Assembly: GCA_024641465.1 (NCBI GenBank)
Contig: JAHEDB010000001.1
Location: 1-43,813 of the forward strand
Reading direction: 5' to 3'
From: Chromatiales bacterium
GTDB taxonomy: Bacteria > Pseudomonadota > Gammaproteobacteria > UBA6429 > Thiohalophilaceae
Length of the DNA: 43,813 nt
How positions within the stretch are numbered: the stretch's first letter is position 1; every line of letters begins with the position of its first letter. Under the pieces are notes generated by a model. It saw only the letters and a list, made by a program, of their open reading frames with translations, made no database searches and had not been told where the DNA came from. The position numbers and the translations under genes are program-made. This document shows positions 39,601-43,813 of the stretch, one piece after another.

Positions 39601-41899
39601 CATCATAATGAAATCCACCCCACCGGCTCAAAACAGGTTTATCAAACTGCTAGACACATGCTACGTACCTGCGTCTATCTGCCTGATAATCATCATGAAT
39701 TACTTACCCTGTGCATCGCTCTATGCGGCCCCCCAGGAAGACATACTCAATACCCGGCACAATCTCTCGGTGAGTGGCAGCGGGGAGGTGCGCGCCACCA
39801 GTGAAAACCGCGTATGTGTCTTTTGTCATACGCCCCACCGTGCCGGTAATACCGAGTATCAGGCACCCTTGTGGAACCGTGAGTTGTCCAAGGTTTATTA
39901 CAATGTCTATCAAAGTACCGCACTACAGGCCGGCCCGCTGGGCCAGCCCGATGGCAGTTCCCGACTCTGTCTGAGTTGTCATGATGGCACGATAGCCATC
40001 GGCAAGGTTAACAACCTGTGGGGACAAAGCCAGACTATCCAGATGAACGGCATAGCCAGCGATGGCACCATGCCACACGGCACCGGCGTACAAAGCGGTT
40101 TTACCCGCCGGCTGGGTTCAGATCTGACGAATGATCATCCCATCTCCTTTCGCTATGATGCGGCGCTGGCGGCCGCCGATGGTGAACTGCATATCCCACC
40201 TAATCAATATGTCCGCGCCCGCGTCCCGGGGGAGGCCCAGGTCTCCCTGCCACTGGATGAGGCCGAAAAGGTGCAATGCACCACTTGTCATAATCCGCAT
40301 CTGGCCGGTGTCGATAAATTCCTGCGCTGGCCCCTTACCCAGACCAGCGATAGCGCCAGCAGCGGTACGGGCGCCATTCTTTGCCTGCAGTGCCATGACA
40401 AGCAAAGCTGGATCGGCAGCGCCCACCAATCCGCCACTATCGCCGATGAACAATATACGCCAGGCAATTATCTCGGTAAGGAAGGGCAGGTATGGCAACA
40501 CGCCTGTCTGAATTGTCATGATACCCACACCGTGCAAGGCGCCAAACACCTGCTCAAGGAAGGCACCGATAGCCCCGCCAAACCCAAAAACGGCGGTAAT
40601 CCGGCGCAGGAACAAACCTGTTATTTATGTCATAGCCCCGCCGGTGAAAGTGTCTTGAGCGTATTTCAAAATCGACCACCGAATATCAAGTCTGAATTCG
40701 CCAAGACCTATCACATGCCGATCACCGGCAATGAGCAGGGTATCATCGGAGAAAGCCACCGTATTGAAGATGCCGATCTGACCGAACCCGCCAGCAACCT
40801 CGGTAGCCAGCGTCATGTTGAATGCAGTGACTGTCACAATCCCCATCGTGCCGGGCCGCAGCGACATAAACACAGCGCCCCCCATAGCAACCTGCTTGAG
40901 GCCAATAGCCCACTCAATGGTATGTGGGGTATCGAACCCTCGTTCAGCGGTCCGACTGCCTTTCCCGCCATTGGCCAACCCATTCTGTCGCTGTTCATCA
41001 ACTTAATGAAACCGGCCACTCGTGAATACCAGATCTGTCTCAAGTGTCATTCAAGCTATGCCTATGGTAACAATCCGCCGATGTTGAAAAGCTTTACCGG
41101 CGGCGGCTCATACGGTGTAAACGAGCTCACCCAGGCAACGGATCAGGCCAAGGAATTCAATCCCAACAATGCCTCTTATCATCCGATCATTCAATCTACA
41201 CACAGAACACTGGCAACAAGAAATATTACCGGCACCAGTCCATTCCTGGCCCCTTTTAGTCAGGTCGGTAATCAGACCATGTATTGCACCGATTGCCACG
41301 GCGCCGATACGCCCTCCGGCACATCCACCCCGCTCAGTAACACGCCGTGGGGGCCGCATGGTTCAAACAATGCCTTCGTGCTGAAGGGACGCTGGGACAT
41401 CAACGAATCGCCGCCCAATTCCAGCTGGTTGTGTTTCCGTTGTCATGATCAAAACGTATATGCCAGTCCGGCCGGTGGTGACCCCAATGTCACCGGCTAC
41501 CGTGGGCCCACCATGATGGGTGTCGTACAGAACCTGCATCGCTATCACTACTCGCGCCTCGGCAGTCAGTTCAAGTGCGTGCTGTGCCACAGCGCCGTGC
41601 CCCATGGCTGGAACGGCAATCCCGCCAATCCCCTGTATGGCACACCAAACTATGCCAAGATGTTGCTGGTGGAGCGGGACGATGCCCCGCCCTATCGCAC
41701 CAGCGCCACCCGTCTGCTGGTGGACAGCTGGGCTAACAGCGGCAGCTGGAGTTTTAATAATTGCCGCACAGCCATGCAGGGCGGCACCCTGCGCGGCCAG
41801 ACCTGGACCGGTTGTGCCGGAATGGGCGGTGGCGGTGGCGGTGGCGGCGGTGGCGGTGGCGGTGGCGGCGGTGGCGGCGGTGGCGGCGGTTTGCCATGA
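39575..41899 (+). CDS. Undecahaem (11 x CXXCH) c-type cytochrome with a C-terminal poly-glycine tail
   Basis: CVFCH, CLSCH, CTTCH, CLQCH, CLNCH, CYLCH, CSDCH, CLKCH, CTDCH, CFRCH and CVLCH. The N-terminal ~230 aa are a paralog of the tetra/pentahaem proteins. The start is uncertain: ATG at 39575 or 39584 (both inside the hairpin) or 39608 (MKSTPPAQNRFIKLL...). The stop overlaps the next gene's ATG (ATGA). Confidence 0.88.
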   Translation: MLDMDPFSFIIMKSTPPAQNRFIKLLDTCYVPASICLIIIMNYLPCASLYAAPQEDILNTRHNLSVSGSGEVRATSENRVCVFCHTPHRAGNTEYQAPLWNRELSKVYYNVYQSTALQAGPLGQPDGSSRLCLSCHDGTIAIGKVNNLWGQSQTIQMNGIASDGTMPHGTGVQSGFTRRLGSDLTNDHPISFRYDAALAAADGELHIPPNQYVRARVPGEAQVSLPLDEAEKVQCTTCHNPHLAGVDKFLRWPLTQTSDSASSGTGAILCLQCHDKQSWIGSAHQSATIADEQYTPGNYLGKEGQVWQHACLNCHDTHTVQGAKHLLKEGTDSPAKPKNGGNPAQEQTCYLCHSPAGESVLSVFQNRPPNIKSEFAKTYHMPITGNEQGIIGESHRIEDADLTEPASNLGSQRHVECSDCHNPHRAGPQRHKHSAPHSNLLEANSPLNGMWGIEPSFSGPTAFPAIGQPILSLFINLMKPATREYQICLKCHSSYAYGNNPPMLKSFTGGGSYGVNELTQATDQAKEFNPNNASYHPIIQSTHRTLATRNITGTSPFLAPFSQVGNQTMYCTDCHGADTPSGTSTPLSNTPWGPHGSNNAFVLKGRWDINESPPNSSWLCFRCHDQNVYASPAGGDPNVTGYRGPTMMGVVQNLHRYHYSRLGSQFKCVLCHSAVPHGWNGNPANPLYGTPNYAKMLLVERDDAPPYRTSATRLLVDSWANSGSWSFNNCRTAMQGGTLRGQTWTGCAGMGGGGGGGGGGGGGGGGGGGGGGLP
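41825..41890 (+). repeat. Imperfect trinucleotide repeat (GGC/GGT) x 22 encoding Gly22
   Basis: Counted codon by codon: 22 consecutive GGY codons in the cytochrome frame, followed by TTG CCA TGA. Confidence 0.95.
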
Positions 41900-42867
41900 A
41901 CCTACTCAACTATGTCAGCTCACACCGCGCAGCCTATAGCAGCATGTTGCTCGTCATGGCTGGCCTATTGCTGCGGCTTGGTTTTCCACAACAGGCCTGG
42001 TTATCGGACAGTCCGCTTTATCTGCTACTGCTATGCCTGAGTTTGTCGCTGCTCTACCACTGGCGACGGTTCATAAGCCAGCCGTTGATGCTGGTGTTTC
42101 ATCTGGGCCTGCTGTTTACCCTTGGGGCGATGTTGATCGCTCCCAACTTTCGAGCCACGGGTTATTTTGAACTGGCCGAAGGCCAGACCCTGCATGATCA
42201 CTTGATCTTTTTTGAGGGTGGACATTTTGCCGACAGTCCACCGACTGACTGGTCGCTTACTCAGGAAACGATTCACGTCGAATACCAATACGGCAACATC
42301 GGCAAGGCCATCCACACACAACTCTTCGATCAACAACAAGGCCAGACAGTGGCCATTGGTTTTATGCAGGCCGCCACCATCCATGGTTATCGTATCGAAC
42401 CCACCGGTAACATGGGCTATGCGGCGGTATTTACCTTTACCGACTTACAGGGCAAACAGACCCGTGGTGTCGTCAACTTCCCCGGTTATCCAACACAGAA
42501 ACTCCAGACCAATCCATTTAAAACCCCAAATGGCAAATGGACCAACGCGACCCTGGAAATGGAACAATGGCCCTATCAGGATCATACGGCCTGGACACTG
42601 GCTATCCCGGCATCGGCGCGCATCAAACTCAAGGCTGAACAAAACCGCTTTGTGCTTAAACCCGGCGAAATTCACAAATTGCCTTCCGGTCAATTAAAGC
42701 TCGACAAGATCAGTCGCTGGCTGGGTTATAAACTTAGTCGTGACCCACTGGCCCCCATGATATTTTTCAGCAGCCTGTTGAGTTGTCTGTCACTCGCCCT
42801 GTACTACTTGCGAACCCAAAAAATCGAGATAGTGAAATGGTACAGAGTTTTCTCTACGGCGGCTTGA
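41896..42867 (+). CDS. ResB/CcsB-like cytochrome c biogenesis protein (short form, 323 aa)
   Basis: ResB-type topology: three N-terminal TM helices (the third carries a conserved-looking His, VFHLGLLFTLG), a ~190-aa periplasmic domain and one C-terminal TM. Lies directly upstream of a CcsA-like gene. The family call is by architecture and context only. Confidence 0.6.
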   Translation: MNLLNYVSSHRAAYSSMLLVMAGLLLRLGFPQQAWLSDSPLYLLLLCLSLSLLYHWRRFISQPLMLVFHLGLLFTLGAMLIAPNFRATGYFELAEGQTLHDHLIFFEGGHFADSPPTDWSLTQETIHVEYQYGNIGKAIHTQLFDQQQGQTVAIGFMQAATIHGYRIEPTGNMGYAAVFTFTDLQGKQTRGVVNFPGYPTQKLQTNPFKTPNGKWTNATLEMEQWPYQDHTAWTLAIPASARIKLKAEQNRFVLKPGEIHKLPSGQLKLDKISRWLGYKLSRDPLAPMIFFSSLLSCLSLALYYLRTQKIEIVKWYRVFSTAA

Positions 42868-43583
42868 GCTGTTACCTGCTGGCAACCGTGATGAGCCGGT
42901 TTACCCGGCGCGGTTTGGTACCGATACTGATGATCGGCAGCACCCTGCACGGCATCGCCCTGTTGCAAGACTGGATGGACAACCAGCATGGGCCCTATCT
43001 GGGGTTATTTGATTCTCTATCGAGTAATCTGTGGACCCAACTCCTGGTGTTAGGCTTGCTGGCCAGTTTTAAGCTGTCATTTCAACGCGCCCTGCCTTAT
43101 GGCCTCGCCCTTGCCCTGCCCTTCGTTATCTGGCTGACTTTCGTCTCACCCGAACATCACTCCCTGCCACCAACCTACGCTACCCGCTGGTTCTACCTGC
43201 ACCTGTATGCCGGCAAGCTCGCCTATAGCCTGTTATTCATTGCCGTCACACTCAGTATTTATGAATGGCGCAACAAGCAAGCTATCTCATACACAACCCA
43301 ATACATCATGCTACTCGCCTTTCTCTGTCACAGCCTGCTGCTGTTTGCAGGTGGCAACTGGGCCTATCTCGCCTGGGGCAAATACTGGGACTGGAATCCG
43401 CTTGAGATCTGGAGCCTGCTGACCTGGTTGGGGTTTGGCTTATTTTTTCATCGCCGCAGTATGACAAATTGGAAATACTTGCCGGGTCAACACGGGTTTA
43501 TCACGCTGATCTATCTACTCGCGATATTGGGATTTTACGGGATTCCATTTTTGAGCAAGGCGACGCACCAGGGACTGGTTTGA
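42837..43583 (+). CDS. ccsA: CcsA-like cytochrome c assembly protein (haem-handling, WWD-domain family)
   Basis: 248 aa, polytopic. Trp-rich motif WGKYWDWNPLEIWSLLTWL followed by a His (FFHRR), and an earlier TM His (YLHLYAG). Overlaps the ResB-like gene by 31 nt. Confidence 0.8.
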   Translation: MVQSFLYGGLSCYLLATVMSRFTRRGLVPILMIGSTLHGIALLQDWMDNQHGPYLGLFDSLSSNLWTQLLVLGLLASFKLSFQRALPYGLALALPFVIWLTFVSPEHHSLPPTYATRWFYLHLYAGKLAYSLLFIAVTLSIYEWRNKQAISYTTQYIMLLAFLCHSLLLFAGGNWAYLAWGKYWDWNPLEIWSLLTWLGFGLFFHRRSMTNWKYLPGQHGFITLIYLLAILGFYGIPFLSKATHQGLV

Positions 43584-43649
43584 GGGTTGTGGATATTTCT
43601 TCAGTTTGAATCTCTGACGCGATTCATTATCAAAAGATACAAATGAAAA

Positions 43650-43675
43650 AGCCCTGCAACTTCCGTTGCAGGGCT
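43650..43675. terminator. Bidirectional rho-independent terminator between ccsA-like (+) and tRNA-Leu (-)
   Basis: 11-bp stem agccctgcaac/gttgcagggct with a 4-nt loop, flanked by A5 upstream and TTCTCTGATTTT downstream. Confidence 0.7.
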
Positions 43676-43686
43676 TTCTCTGATTT

Positions 43687-43771
43687 TGGTGCAGATGGCG
43701 AGACTCGAACTCGCACGGCTTGCGCCACTACCCCCTCAAGATAGCGTGTCTACCAATTCCACCACATCTGC
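43687..43771 (-). tRNA. tRNA-Leu (anticodon GAG)
   Basis: Reverse complement reads GCAGATGTGGTGGAATTGGTAGACACGCTATCTTGAGGGGGTAGTGGCGCAAGCCGTGCGAGTTCGAGTCTCGCCATCTGCACCA. It has a 7-bp acceptor stem, a long variable arm, the anticodon loop TTGAGGG and an encoded CCA. Confidence 0.9.
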
Positions 43772-43813
43772 TTGTCAGGTTTATCACTCCGAGACGGGAA
43801 CGTCTGACTGTGG

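Noticed and set aside
41761-41895. Arg-Trp repeat N-terminal extension of the ResB-like ORF (ORF-track start at 41761)
   Set aside because: It is an artefact of reading the GGC/GGT repeat in the -1 frame. The ATG at 41896 forms an ATGA overlap with the upstream stop and begins directly with the first TM helix. The open frame is kept only as a note under the poly-Gly finding.

Overview
Chromosomal window of about 50% GC, almost entirely coding, from a proteobacterial (gamma/beta-type) chemolithotroph. Positions 1-9.6 kb (minus strand) hold the classic tRNA-fMet - rimP - nusA - infB - rbfA - truB - rpsO - pnp block. Positions 9.7-15 kb hold an orphan soxYZ pair, a signal-peptide-bearing DsrE-like protein, and a sigma-54 (NtrC-type) response regulator with its histidine kinase. 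Positions 15-29.5 kb (minus strand) hold a complete 14-gene nuoA-N complex I operon. The unusual part is 30-43.6 kb, a divergently transcribed redox island with 27 CXXCH haem-binding motifs in six genes. The minus arm is a tightly packed 9-gene unit: pentahaem cytochrome, NHL propeller, tetrahaem cytochrome, SurA/parvulin-like PPIase, ~590-aa predicted outer-membrane beta-barrel, two small trihaem cytochromes and two more NHL propellers. The plus arm encodes a monohaem cytochrome c, an 11-haem cytochrome ending in a 22-residue poly-glycine tail, and a translationally coupled ResB-like/CcsA-like (System II) cytochrome maturation pair. The 215-bp divergent control region carries two perfect FNR-type boxes (TTGAT-N4-ATCAA). 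I read the island as a candidate trans-outer-membrane or extracellular electron-transfer system that is not of the Mtr, Cyc2 or Geobacter Pcc type. That reading is inference from motifs and gene order only. The window ends with tRNA-Leu(GAG). I saw no CRISPR arrays, IS elements, integrases or phage genes.
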